A DNA stretch of 63,008 nucleotides, filler included, from Octopus bimaculoides (taxonomy: Eukaryota), in assembly GCF_001194135.2 (NCBI RefSeq). It is 4 parts of 4 records of this genome, joined end to end, with 100 filler letters (N's around TTAATTAATTAA, not from the genome) between each part and the next. Parts side by side here need not be neighbours in the genome. Positions count along the whole stretch, not along the records: positions 1 to 28,551 come from NC_068998.1; 3 more parts are not named here. The stretch is one strand, 5' to 3'. A program made the translations under genes and the position numbers. Numbering within the stretch: position 1 is the first letter of the stretch; each line of letters begins with the position of its first letter. The notes under the pieces are model-generated. The model searched no databases, was not told the DNA's origin, and was given only the letters and a program-made list of their open reading frames with translations. Below, one piece after another: positions 13,264 to 26,530 of the stretch.

Positions 13264-14137
13264 CAGCATACGGTGAATAAGCTGTCATCTAAATTACGCA
13301 AAAATAAAATTAATACTGACATCTCATTTTAACAGCTATATTTACCAAAATAACATAAAAATATCTTGAAATACTAATGATTAAATTTAGACAATAAAAT
13401 CGTCATTGGCTTCAGCCACCTTCACCAGAAGATTTTGGAATCTTCCACAATTCTTCTGGATGATCTTCTTTTTCAGTTGGTGAATGCTGCCATAATCCTT
13501 GCCTTCAGTTCATCTTTGGTGTTACTAGGAGTTTTGTTGTTCTCTCGCTCAACTGCACCACACGCATAATAATCAAGGTGGTTGCAGTCTTGGGAGTTAT
13601 GTGGCCAGATGTTAAGGGTGTTGTGGTCTCATAAATTGTCTCACATCCATGACTGGGTTCTCCTTCTTGTGTGGCGTAGTGCAAACTCCTGTTGCGAGAC
13701 ATAGGGTCTTCCAGCAGCCACTCTCTTGACCCAGGGCAGCACTACCTCCTCGAGGCATTTGATATAGGCCTCCGTGTTGAGTCTGAGGTCGTATGCGAAG
13801 ACGAATTGAGGCATAACGTTGTCATCACTAGTGACATTTCCAAAAACCATATTGTTGACTGGATGTTTAATTTTTATCAGTCTCCGTACATGTCCTCAGA
13901 ATGACATCTAAACACTCTGAAATGTTCGTACAGGAGCTTTCAGTGCCAATGCCAAGCACCACAGCGTGTCGTTTCCAAATTTCTGGTAGAGTGAATTGCG
14001 TCATGGTACTGTTTTTCACACAGACAGTGCCCAGCTGATCCTACCATACTACCATACTATGTAGTCGACAAAATCGAAAACTGTGCATACGCGAAATTAA
14101 AGATATAAAATGGTGACAATTTACCTATCGCAACCTG
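13264..14137 (-). mobile_element. Internally deleted, decayed maT/Tc1-mariner-type DNA transposon
   Basis: Minus-strand peptide MVFGNVTSDDNVMPQFVFAYDLRLNTEAYIKCLEEVVLPWVKRVAAGRPYV followed by WP.(N)S.D and ERTTK-type motifs. N-terminal part at about 13900-14000. Right terminus caggttgcgataggtaaattgtcacc (minus). A degenerate counterpart (16/26 by eye) follows TA at 13264. Confidence 0.78.
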
Positions 14138-14368
14138 TGTGTGTGTGTATGTATATATATATATATATATATATCAAAACTACTCAACCTCTTTTACACG
14201 ATGATCTGGTTGTTGTCATTGTTGTTGCTGCTTGAAATATTGTCGAGCGCGTTACTGCTGATCTTGTAGTTGTATTACTAAATGCAGCCGGCTTTGTTGA
14301 TGTTATTAAAACTAATGTCGTCATTACTCTCTCGTATTTGCATTATTTACTGCTGTCTGGCTTTTTAA

Positions 14369-14377
14369 TCACCAGAT

Positions 14378-14441
<64 letters not shown>

Positions 14442-14472
14442 GCTGCTGCTGCGACTGCTACTGCTGCTACTA

Positions 14473-14550
<78 letters not shown>

Positions 14551-14619
14551 ACAATAATAATAATAATAATAATAGTAATAATAATAATAATTAAAAAAAT
14601 ATTAATAATAATAATCATG

Positions 14620-14670
<51 letters not shown>

Positions 14671-14702
14671 TTAATAATAATAATAATGATAATGATAATA
14701 AT
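14369..14702. repeat. Compound (CTA)n/(CTG)n + (ATA)n microsatellite
   Basis: Directly visible; explains the poly-L/I/S/V ORFs. Confidence 0.95.
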
Positions 14703-15084
14703 ACTTCCACCAACATCACTATCACTGTGTAGTCAGATAAGGACGCCATACAAATCACATTTTCTATTTATAAACATTTGTTGTATCATCAATCCAATCC
14801 CACCATTTAGTCTAGAATTAGCATTTGTATTGTTTAACCTGCTCCGTATAAGTGCAAACGTATGTATGAATGCATGTATGATTGTATATATGGATACACA
14901 CACACACACACACATATATATGTATATGTACACACACATATATTATGCGCATATTTGGATGCAAATGAATAAATATATGTGCGTGAGTATAGGCGCAGGA
15001 GTGGCTGTGTGGTAAGAAGCTTGCTTCCCAACCACATGGTTCTGTGTTCAGATCCCACTGCGCGGCACCTCGTGCTTTGTGACT

Positions 15085-15525
15085 ATTTTTTAATTAGATT
15101 TCCTTGCTCCTGAGGTAAGTATTTTTGAAGTCCTATTGGTGGTTATTTTATAACAGTGTTCCAGCTGTATAAGGCCTCTGCCACCTATACGTTGTATATA
15201 TAGCCTTTCTATGTCAGATTTTGGGTGGTGCATCCTATATCGTGTCATTATTTTTCTTGTTTTCCTTTCTATTTTGGTTAGTTCATTTAGTGTCCAGTTA
15301 AGGATATTGTAGCTGTAACTTATAACTGGGACGGCTAGAGTGTTAATACCTATTTTCTTGTTCTTAGCATTGAGCTCTGTTTTCAGTATTGATCTGACTC
15401 GTCTATAGTATTCTTTCTTTATTTTCTCTTTCATTTGTGTGTTGTTTCGTGTCTAGTTCATTGATTCCTACATATTTGTATACCTGGCTTTGGTCTAATT
15501 CTCTTATTTCATTGTCTTTATCTAG
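15085..15525 (-). mobile_element. R4/Dong-clade LINE reverse-transcriptase C-terminal/thumb fragment
   Basis: YKYVGINE..MKEKIKKEYYRRVRSILKTELNAKNKKIGINTLAVPVISYSYNILNW..IERKTRKIMTRYRMHHPKSDIERLYIQRIGGRGL is typical of R4-clade RT. Confidence 0.8.
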
Positions 15526-16836
15526 TGTGATATAATAATTATTTTCATTGTTATTGTTGTTGTTGTTATTGTTATTATTATTATTTGATTCTGTGTCTCA
15601 GGAATAATTGATAAAATATTTCTTGCATGTATATCCTTCATATATATCTTAGTAATTCGTATTTGCAAATGAAACATGTGTAACGGTGAATTAATAACAC
15701 CAAAATTCCCTGTTTTGTTATACAATAACCCGGCGGTGAAAATTATAGAATTTTCAGATCTAATACGTACCTCACGCCAATACAACATCAACAATATCTA
15801 CATACCGGGTTGCCTTATTAGTATAAGCTGCTCTGGTTAAACAGGACAGCTTAAGTTACTTAATTTACTTATGTATANNNNNNNNNNNNNNNNNNNNNNN
15901 NNNNNNNNNNNNNNNNNNNNNNNNNNNNNNNNNNNNNNNNNNNNNNNNNNNNNNNNNNNNNNNNNNNNNNNNNNNNNNNNNNNNNNNNNNNNNNNNNNNN
16001 NNNNNNNNNNNNNNNNNNNNNNNNNNNNNNNNNNNNNNNNNNNNATATATATATATATATATATACATATATACAAATAGAAAGATAAATAAAGGGATAG
16101 ATAGACACACTTCCATATATACATACACGCACACACATATAAAGTGATATATCAAATATATTTTACACCAAATCATAGCTTAACGTTAATAATCCTTGTT
16201 CGCATTTTCCGACTCTCTACTCTGGCATTTCCTTTCTATCAAATCCATTCTTTCCCGCCCTCTCTGCTCTCTTTCTCTTTCTCATTCTCTCTCGCCCTTT
16301 CTCATCCCCCTCTCTCTCTTTTTCATTCTTTCTCTCCCTCTCTCTCTCTCTTGTTCTCCATTTCTGTTTGTTTTACTCATTATTAAAACTTTTTCTTTCC
16401 ATCCTATTCTTCACTAATCAACGTATTTCTACTCTGTACTTACACATCCACCATCTTTTTTTTATCTCTTTTTATTTAGATATTTGTATATAATGTATTT
16501 GAACCAGTCTTCCTGTTATATGTTATCGATGCAAAATTCGCCATGATATTTAAATACCAACAATGCATGTCTATACAGCAGGTAGGTTGTCAGTACTTTC
16601 TTTGTCATTAGGCGAGGAGCAGTAACTTTCGAACAGAACTCTTCAAGTTTAACTATGTATGCTTTTACAAACATATACATACATACGTACATGCATATGT
16701 ACATGCATACATATATACACACACATACACACATATGTGTGTGTGTTAATATGTATGACAGTGCGTGTGTCTGTATGCATTTATAAATATATGAGGTGCG
16801 TTTCTATACACACATACATACATACATACATACATA

Positions 16837-16883
<47 letters not shown>

Positions 16884-17055
16884 NNNNNNNNNNNNNNNNN
16901 NNATATATATGTAAATATACATACACATACATATACGTATTTATATATGTTCGTATATACATATTTATATTTATATGTTTTGCCATATATGCATATACAT
17001 ACACGTATGCATACATACATACCCTACCCCCTCAACGCAAACGCACACACACGGA

Positions 17056-17106
<51 letters not shown>

Positions 17107-17232
17107 TTATATATACATATTTAAATGCAAGGAGATACGCTTACGCTAAAACATAATCTAACAGACAATCTTCACTAACAAACTTAGTTTATAAATGCAA
17201 TTGTCAGTCTAAAAACTGTCAGCAACTCCCCG

Positions 17233-17440
17233 GGTCCACCACCACCACCACCGTTACCACCACTACCACCGTTACCACCACCACCACCATCACTACCAAC
17301 ACCACCACCACCACCATTACCACCGTTGCCACCACCAACACCACCACCACCACTACCATCGTTGCCACCACCACCACCGTTACCACCACCACCACCACTG
17401 CCAACACAATCACCACCAATACCAGCATCAGCAGCAGCAA
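17233..17440. repeat. Degenerate (ACC)n repeat
   Basis: Directly visible. Confidence 0.9.
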
Positions 17441-17699
17441 CCGAGAAGCAGTGAGTAGACCAAAGTACGGCAGCAACAGCAAGTGTACGTGTTCGAATGT
17501 CACCGTTCTTTTCCGTTCATTGCATTCATATGCGTTATCATAGGAACATCAGTTCCTTGGAGGAATATCACTCTTTCGGAAGCCATATGCCGTTTTATGG
17601 AACGGCCTTCTTTCAGCACTGAATTACATTTCCTTTCTGTTTGCCATAATCTATTCTCTTTTCATTGGCACTCATCTAGTCAATGCCTCTCTATCCTAG

Positions 17700-17801
17700 T
17701 TCTCTCTGTCTATCAATCGACCAATGTATCTCTATTTCCCATTATCTATCTAGCTATCTGCCTGTGCGTGCTTGTCTACATGTCTTTGTATGTTTGTCTA
17801 C

Positions 17802-17858
<57 letters not shown>

Positions 17859-18078
17859 CATCTATCTGTCTGTCTGTCTGTCTGTCTGTTTGTCAGTCTG
17901 CTTGTCTGTCTGTCTGTCTCTGTCTGCGTGTGTGTCGGTGTCTATCTAATCTATGTCTCACTAAATCTATCTCTGTGTCTCCCTTTCTCCATCGCTAAAC
18001 CTACCTTTCTTTCTATCTTTCTCCTCTACCTACCTACCTACCTACCTACCTACCTACATATTTATCTATCTATCTGGC

Positions 18079-18157
<79 letters not shown>

Positions 18158-18485
18158 CATCTATCTATCTGTTTTCTGTCTGTGTGTCTGTCTATCTGTT
18201 TGCTTGTATTTCGGTGTGTCTATTTAATCTATGCTTCTCTAAATCTATTTCTGTCTCCCTTTCTCTCTCGCTAAACTTTCCTACTTATCTGTCCTTGTAT
18301 CTGTTTCTCCTTCGCTGCCTCTCTGCCCACCTACCTACCTACCTACCTACCTACCTACCTACCTACCTACCTATCTATCAATCTGTCTATCTATCTATCT
18401 CCGTCTGTCTGTCTATTTATCCCTGTATCTATCCCTCTATCTATCTATCTCTCTATCCATGTATGTATGTATGTATGTATGTATG

Positions 18486-18520
<35 letters not shown>

Positions 18521-18720
18521 GCATTTGTGGATGTGTCTTTGTGTGCATTGTCTATGGATTGATCTATCAATCTCTATACTTACGTGTGTGTGTGTGTGCG
18601 CGTGTTTGATTCATTACCACTATTGTCACTACCAAATTCTTAGCTTCGATCAGGTCTGATATTTCTGTATGTGTGTGTGTGTGTGTGTCTGTGTGTGTGT
18701 GTGTGTGTGCGTGTGTGGTT
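17700..18720. repeat. Mosaic of (CTAT)n, (CTGT)n, (CCTA)n, (CT)n and (GT)n with a roughly 280-bp higher-order duplication
   Basis: The block ctatctaatctatg..ctaaatctat.tctgt.tccctttct..tcgctaaac occurs at about 17940-18000 and again at 18220-18280. Confidence 0.85.
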
Positions 18721-19425
18721 TTATGCGTGTGCTTAGCTACATATGAGTGTGCGTACGTGTACGGTTTGAAATGCTAAGTACGACTGCACGCCTGAATGTC
18801 CAGTGACAGATTATTAAATCTTGACCTTTTAGACCTCATTCAACTTCAATCTTAACCAACGACATCACCGGCACCACAGCCCCCTACCCCATCCACCCAA
18901 CCAACACCACCACTACCACTACCACTACCACCACAACAGCCGCCGCCGCTGCCGCTGTTGCCTCCTCGAGTGTTTCTCTAATCATATCATAACCAATAAA
19001 ATGTTACATATTATCTACAAGAGAACCACGCAAGGCGGATCGTAATACTAAAACATCGTAGATAAAACTATGTTGTTATGATGTATGTTATGTCGAACAT
19101 CATATTATTGTAAATTAATCCTTGGATACTGTTGCACGATGTTTACAAATTGTCATGTGCGCACTCTTTCATATATACATTTACAAAATGTAGATTTAAT
19201 CATAGCCGAGGAGAAAGCTAAACTAAACACACTCAGATATCACATACTAATCATTAAACGCCCAATTTCTGACTACAAACGCCCAATTACTGAAGTATAA
19301 AGTTTAACAGCTCAAAATTCAAACTGCGATGTACACACACCCGTCTCATTGTCTCTACTCGCGGCAGAATAGCGGCAACAAAGTCTGCTTTCATTATATA
19401 TCACTAATGTATCAAAATGAGTTCA

Positions 19426-19850
19426 AGGCGTAGGCGTAGCTGTGGTAAGAAGCTTTACTTCCTGACCATTCGGTTTCAGATTCAGTCTCACTGCGTGGTA
19501 CCTTGAGCTGGTGTGACCCTACTATAGCCTCGGGCCGACCAAAGCCTTGTGAATGGATTTGGTAGACAAAAAACTGAAAGAAACCTGTGTATATATATAC
19601 ACACACATATATGTGTGTGTGTGTTGTGTATGTGTGTACGTGTGTGTGTATGCGCGCGCGTGTGTATATGTGTGTGTGTCGTTGAGTTTATGTTTGTCCC
19701 CAGCTAGAGCTTGACATCCGGCGTTACTGTGTTTATGTCTCTGTAAATTAGCGGTTCGTCAAAAGGACACGGATAGAATAAGTATCAGGCTTAAAATAAA
19801 AATGAGTCCATCCATTCGAATAAAAATTCTTGAAGATCATGCCCTAGTAA
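19426..19850 (+). mobile_element. SINE family A copy
   Basis: Head gctgtggtaagaagc..ggtttcagattcagtctcactgcgtggtacc, then ctatagcctcgggccgaccaaagccttg, internal (AT/GT)n and the family tail. Confidence 0.8.
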
Positions 19851-20009
19851 CGACTGAATGATTCAACCTCATACACAGTCACACACACACATTCACGCAC
19901 ACACATACACTCACACACATATGTATATATATATATATGTATATATGTATGTATATATGTACGTTTGTGTATAAATATAGATCTATCTATCTATACATCT
20001 CTCTCTCTC

Positions 20010-20046
<37 letters not shown>

Positions 20047-21529
20047 GTATGTATATTTATGTATATATATATGTATACATAAAATATATGAGGAGTTTTC
20101 CTGAGGATGACTATGATATTACTGGTCAAATAGGTGTGCCACTATAATTGCAGTTTATATATTTGTACGCAAATTTGTTTCTTAGAATTAAAGATACAAT
20201 CTACCAAACCGAATTGTACTTCGTGCCTGTCTATCCCATTTCACTTATAAAACCTGAGATATTTGTCGCGAAGAGATATTTAATGAAAATACGTACTTGG
20301 ATCGAGCTTGTTATATCGTAGTCTACTAGTGTGCTTTGTTACTCTAGCTTCAATGCTGTGTATGTGAATTATATTTGTTGGTGAATGTGCACACTCGTAT
20401 ATGATGTATGTTTATACGTATGTATCTTTTCTCATTTAAATCTCTATGTTTGTGTGCATGTGAAGTATATGTAATATACCTCGTAATATTTACACCTAAA
20501 CGTGAGTGTATGTACATGTATATCAATACGCAAACATTAGAAAAGAAATATTTGAACAAACCCATAAGCACATTCGTGCATTTATATGTATTCAAATGGC
20601 CAAACATGTTTCCATTTGTTTTGTCATGTTTTTCATATTTGTGCGTTCCTGTTTGTTTGTCTTCCGAACTTCTTTTCTCTTTCGTTGCGTCAATATTGCT
20701 AACGTTGTATGCATCAACCCCTTCGCCTTCCTACGCTCTTAAGAAACCACACGATTTAGTCATTACTCATAAGCATTCTATTATTTTCAAGACTCAATAT
20801 ACAAATGTAAAACTACTAATTTTTTCTTTTTATATATTTGTGCATTTCCGTTTATTTTTATTAATGTTTTACTAATCTTTACCCAATTTAAAAACATATC
20901 TTAATCCAGTTTTATATATGAAACAACACTTCTGTTTTATATATTTATATATTTTAACATATACTAATATAATGATTAAGCAAGCTGTTTTATATCGATA
21001 TTTTTAAGTATTTGGTGCATTACTGTATTTGTACACACACACATAGACACGCAATCTCGCATACATACACACACACAAACAGATACACAGACACGCACAC
21101 AACACACACATGCATACGTTTTATCACTATATGTGGTTGTGTTATATGAAGCTTGCTTCAATTCGGTTTGGTAGATTGTATCTTTTATTCTAAGAAACAA
21201 ATTTGCCTGTGACGATATGAGCATTAAGGTAACTGTTCCACCTTCTGAGAAATACTCAAACGTCTTCACGTTAATTCAATAAGAATTTTGTACAAGTGAG
21301 TGAACCTCAGTTTAGTCCCGCCGACTTAGAGATAAACACACGACCAATATCAGAACATGCTTATGAGCGAACACCGTTCGTGAAATAAGGGTTATTGAAG
21401 GTAATGTACTGTTAAGAGTAATCAGAGAAATGAAGCAAAATAACAATGAAATGCTTGCAGGAAGTCTGATTGCTAACGGCTAGAGTTTGGCGTAGATGTG
21501 AAGAATGCAGTAGAGGAATAACTACTGTT

Positions 21530-23100
21530 GGCCAGTTTTGTAGACGATATTTTTGGTTTTTCCTTCAGGAGCATAGATGAATAAGTTGTCTGGATAGTCA
21601 ACTGTGGAACACCCGATGTAGAACTGTCCATGTGAAAAGCACGATGTCCAATCCGAAAACTTTTAGTGAGTGACCTTTTGCTTTGTTAATTGTCATGGTG
21701 AAGCTGAGTTTCAGAGGGAACTGAAGTCTCTGAATAGGGTAGGAGCAGTCTGTTGGGGTTAGCGGAATTTTGGGAATGAAAACGGTATCGCATTTGCCGT
21801 GTCCCGTGATAATTTGGGCTTCAATGACGTGGTCTGTCATTTGTTTGACCACAAAGCGAGTTCCGTTGCATAGTGTCGGTGCCTTTAGGTTGCATAAGAG
21901 GATGACAGGGCAACCGACTTTTAAGTGAAGTTCATGGGGAGGGAGTCCTGGAGGGTCTTGGGAGTTGAGAAATTCTGTTGGAAAGTGTGTAACCTGATCA
22001 AGGTTGAATGTTCTTGAGAAAGTAATTGATTAAATCATAGTTAAGAGTGTTGACAGCTGCATTTGTAGGTGCAAGAACAACCTTGTCGCGAAACTGATTT
22101 AGTTTTATGTATTCCGTTGTATGATTTGGGTAAACGGCAGAACATATGTCACCAGGGCTGGAGACAGTGTGGCCAATGGTGGTAGTGTTAATGTATCCGT
22201 TGTCGTCGGACGTAATTTGGCCATTGAGTTTTCTTGACGAGCTACATTTAAAGGTAATTTGAAGGTAGAGTGTGCTGTTCGTTCACCGTCGAGAAGAGTC
22301 GAGGCTATTCCTGAGAAGGCAACAGCAATAGCAAGGTCACCACTATGCCGCAACTTCGCAAGAAGAAGATTTAGGAGGAATGTTTTCCCAGTTTCAGTGA
22401 GTGCGTCTAAGAAACTGATTCCGCCAGTGTGTGTAGATGTTTCCGAGGATGAAATTGAGAAGAATCGTCAGCAATGTAATGTTTAAGTTTGTGGATGTTG
22501 TGGGATGTTTTTCTGAGAATGAGGCGATTGGAACAGGCGTCTTTATTTCTGTCTGAAGAGGTGAAAAAATAAGCATCCAATCATTGACCTCCAATTGCTA
22601 CAGCCAAGTCTTCCAGGTGAAGGACCTCTGAGTGGTAAATGGAATGGGTAGTGAGAGTGTCAACGCTACCTGTAATTTCTTGAGCGTGCAACGAAATGCC
22701 ATGGCACATTGAGTCTTTGTATTTATTTCAAAATGAATGTGCGTCTGTCTGGTTGCAGAAAACTGACATTATTGCGAAAGCGAGTCGGAGTTTGTGCGGA
22801 GAACGACACAGAGAGATCTCGTGTGTTATCATATTGATCATTTGTATCTGTTTCGAGCAGGCATCTTTGAAAGTGTTGCATTCATCCATTGTGCGAAGAT
22901 CGTCGAAGGAGGTTGGTCCCTTAGTGTCATGAAGGAAGAACCGCAGATGAAAGCATTCCGAGTTCAGGGAGTGAACTGTATAGACGCGTCCGATTGTGTC
23001 ACCTTTGTACACGGCTGGATTCAACGGTGTAGGCCGGCTTGCTTTTCGTTGTTGAATTCTACGTCGATGTGCGTATGAAATGTTTTTCAGAGCATCTTGT
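21530..23100 (-). mobile_element. Decayed Helitron Rep/Hel fragment (PIF1-like helicase), multiple frameshifts and deletions
   Basis: IGRVYTVHSLNSECFHLRFFLHDTKGPTSFDDLRT; AIAVAFSGIASTLLDGERTAHSTFKLPL; TPTLCNGTRFVVKQMTDHVIEAQIITG..VFIPKIPLTPTD..RLQFPLKLSFTMTINKAKG.SL are characteristic Helitron helicase segments. Confidence 0.88.
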
Positions 23101-23621
23101 TATAGAGTACGACCCCACGATTGTCATCCACAAATTCCTGGTTATGACATTTTTTTATAATTCCTGTGCAAGTGAGACAATCAATTTCTGAGTGTTACAT
23201 ACGGTGGAAGGGAGACAATCAACTTCTGACTGTCGCAAAGTACAGACCTTTTGACCCTAGAATGTCTGTACTTCTGACTCCACATTACTCCATATGGGAA
23301 AAATCTAAATAGTATAGAGCCATCGGTGAAACATAACTGATGTATTTGCCAAGCGTGAACGAAATTAGATGACAAAATTTTGATTTTACATGGGATCAAG
23401 TAATGGTTGATCCCATACACACATACACACACACACACACATATATACACACACACATACACACACACACGCACATACACACACACACATACACACATAT
23501 ATATAAATCTCTATCTCTCGCTATATATGTGTGTGTGTATATATAAATATGTATATATGTATATACATATATATGTATGTATATATATGTATGTATGCAT
23601 ATATCTATATTTTTGTATATA

Positions 23622-23699
<78 letters not shown>

Positions 23700-24003
23700 T
23701 TGCGCTATGTGTGCGGTGTGTGTAATATGGAAACAAGTGTGAGATTATTTGTGTGTGTCGTGTATAATTGTATTTGTGTGTATATACGCGTGCGCGTCCG
23801 TGCACTTGGCTTAGTACGTTCAGCACTACCTACATTATATGTGTACACAGTATATGATAAGAGGTAGCCTATATCTGACCTCAGTTGAGTCCCACCGACT
23901 TAGAGATAAAAACACGAACAATAGGCATTAAGAACCTCTCAATGCCAATAGAAGTTATGATTTCTCGAGGAAGAAACCCTACATATGTACAATTAATACA
24001 TCA

Positions 24004-24036
<33 letters not shown>

Positions 24037-24657
24037 GCGTAATATATATATATGTAATATGTATACATTGCAAAACGGAAACAATTGCGATTTCAGCTGC
24101 AAAGCACGAACATTGTACAATTGAACAATAGGTTATTCTTTCTATCTTCAATCTTTAACGATAATTATGCCACTTTAGTGTTAATTCTTCAGATATCTTC
24201 CATATTGTGAATAAACATCCTCACAGCTAAAACTTGCTAGCAAAATATCCAATTTTCCAATCATTAGTTTTTACAGTCATGTTTAATTATGGATTCCCGC
24301 TGCTGTCCTCATGGGAATCTTATGTTCGTTTATCATGAATGAATAAGTTGTCTTCAGAAAAAAAAGGAAAGAGAAAAAGAGAGAAAGAGCGATAAATAGA
24401 AAGAGAGAAGAAAAAAAAGGGAAAAAATCTATGTAAAGTTATATATTTCTCGTCATATTTATCAAATGATCGCACTTTGAATTTTAATTCTTGCACAGTT
24501 GTTTCGGGCAGATTATATAAAGTGTATATATATAGAGAGTGTTATTAGAATAATATTATAGGCGGGAGAAAATGAAAGTAGTACTTTACCGAAGCACAGG
24601 TCTATCGCAAGCACGCATACACACATGTAACACACATACACAAACGAAACATTACAC

Positions 24658-24693
<36 letters not shown>

Positions 24694-24955
24694 GGAGCAA
24701 CATAGAGGGTGGGAGAGAGTGGGTGAAAGAAATACAAATACAGAAACAGAAGAACGTTCATTAACTAATCTGGAGGATGTTATTTAAAGGTATTTTAAGG
24801 AATAGCAATAGAATATTTGGTGAGAAGTTGGCGAAGTAAACGGTGTGTAAAACGTAGTATGAAACACTTTCCCTTGCGTTTCTAGTTTTCACCAAACGCC
24901 CTTGTCAACTCAACTCACAGAATATACCTTAAATTGATGTATGTATGTATGTATG

Positions 24956-25001
<46 letters not shown>

Positions 25002-25026
25002 CCTCTCTATCTCTCTNNNNNNNNNN

Positions 25027-25099
<73 letters not shown>

Positions 25100-25625
25100 G
25101 TGTATGAGTGTGCGTGTATGTATATGTATGTATATGTATATGTAAATATATATATGTATATCTATATATATGTATATATCGATATTTATATATGTTCTAT
25201 GTATAAATATATATAATAAAGCGATACATATACGTATCTAAGTAATCATGTATACATACATATAATTATATACATATATATATGTACATATGTATGTGTA
25301 AATAAGTGTGTGTGAGAGTATGTGTCTGTGTGCTTGTGTAAATAGAATCTCTTTTTAATAGTGGTACTTGAAGCAGATTAAGCAATGAATAACAGCGAGG
25401 GAATATTGGTTTAAAAAACCTTTGGATGCTAAAAAGAACGGCTTTTAACGTTTCCTATTCAAGGGAATTTTTTACATCCAATATTTTGCGTGCTATTAAT
25501 TATCGCTGTACCTACTTCGAGATCCACCGTTAAAAGCGATTTATGTAATATCTCTTGAGGTTTGCGGACGTTCTTATGATGTAAGCAATAACTAAATATT
25601 TTTATGTTTACATCAATATATGTAT

Positions 25626-25750
25626 GTACGAGGTAGTGCAGAAAAGTTGCTGGCTTTAAGGGTTTTGTGAAAGGCCTGGCTGGAGGCTCATGTTCCCGAG
25701 TTCTTTTGCAGGAGGCAGAAAAAACTGACGGACCACTGCAATAAGTGTTT
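25626..25750. mobile_element. Short mariner-like terminal remnant
   Basis: Begins tacgaggtagtgcagaaaagtt, which resembles TA-flanked mariner termini. No coding evidence. Confidence 0.35.
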
Positions 25751-25756
25751 GAATGT

Positions 25757-26235
25757 CTTTTACTCTTTTACTCTTTTGCTCTTTTACTTGTTTCAGTCAT
25801 TTGACTGCGGCCATGCTGGATCACCGTCTTTTGTCGAGCAAATCGACCCCAGGACTTATNNNNNNNNNNTCACCGTCTTTTGTCGAGCAAATCGACCCCA
25901 GGACTTATTCTTTGTCAGCCTAGTACTTATTCTATCAGTCTCTTTTGCCGAACCGCTAAGTAACGGGGACCTAAACACACCGGCATCGGTTGTCATGCGA
26001 TGTTGGGGGGACAAAAACAGACACACAAACACATACACACATATATATATATATGTATATACATATATACGACGCGCTTCTTTCAGTTTCCGTATACCAA
26101 ATCCACTCACAAGGCTTTGGTCGGCCCGAAGCTATAGTAGAAGACACTCGCCCAAGGTGCCACGCAGTGGGACTGAACCGGGAACCATGTGGTTCGTAAG
26201 GAAAGTACTTACCAGACAGCCACTCCTACGCCTAT
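25757..26235 (-). mobile_element. Full-length SINE family A copy
   Basis: Minus strand: ataggcgtaggagtggctgtctggtaag..ggttcccggttcagtcccactgcgtggcaccttgggcgagtgtcttctactatag, internal TA/CA tract and a (gagtaaaa)n-like tail. Confidence 0.9.
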
Positions 26236-26329
26236 GTTGAAAAAAAAATCATAATTAATTGATTCTCATGTATTTTCCTTTACTCGAAGCCAGAAACTTC
26301 TCCGCACCATCTTGTAGGAATGTAAATGC

Positions 26330-26530
26330 AGCGAGCTGGCAGTATCCTTAGTACGCCGGGCAAAATGCTTAGCGGCATTTCGTCGTTCTTTACATTCTGA
26401 GCTCACGTCCTGCTGAGATCGACATTGCCTTTCATCCATTCGGAGTCGATAAAATAATTGCCAGTTGAACATTGGTGTCTATGTCATCGACTAACCTCCC
26501 CCATCGAACTTGCTGGTCTTGTTCCAAAAC
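26330..26530 (+). mobile_element. SINE family B copy
   Basis: gagctggcagtatc..gccgggcaaaatgcttagcggcatttcgtc..tctgag..gatcgacattgcctttcatcc..gagtcgataaaa. Confidence 0.85.

Noticed and set aside
14338-15015. 225-aa poly-Leu/Ile ORF and the many YI/HT/CV/LSIY ORFs
   Set aside because: Translations of microsatellites.
17222-17470. Poly-Pro (formin FH1-like) or poly-Thr (mucin-like) reading of the (ACC)n tract
   Set aside because: No splice context or flanking domain; every frame gives a low-complexity peptide.
25820-25905. Direct repeat of about 39 bp around a 10-N gap inside a SINE
   Set aside because: Unmerged contig overlap; the same probably applies to 39850-39990.
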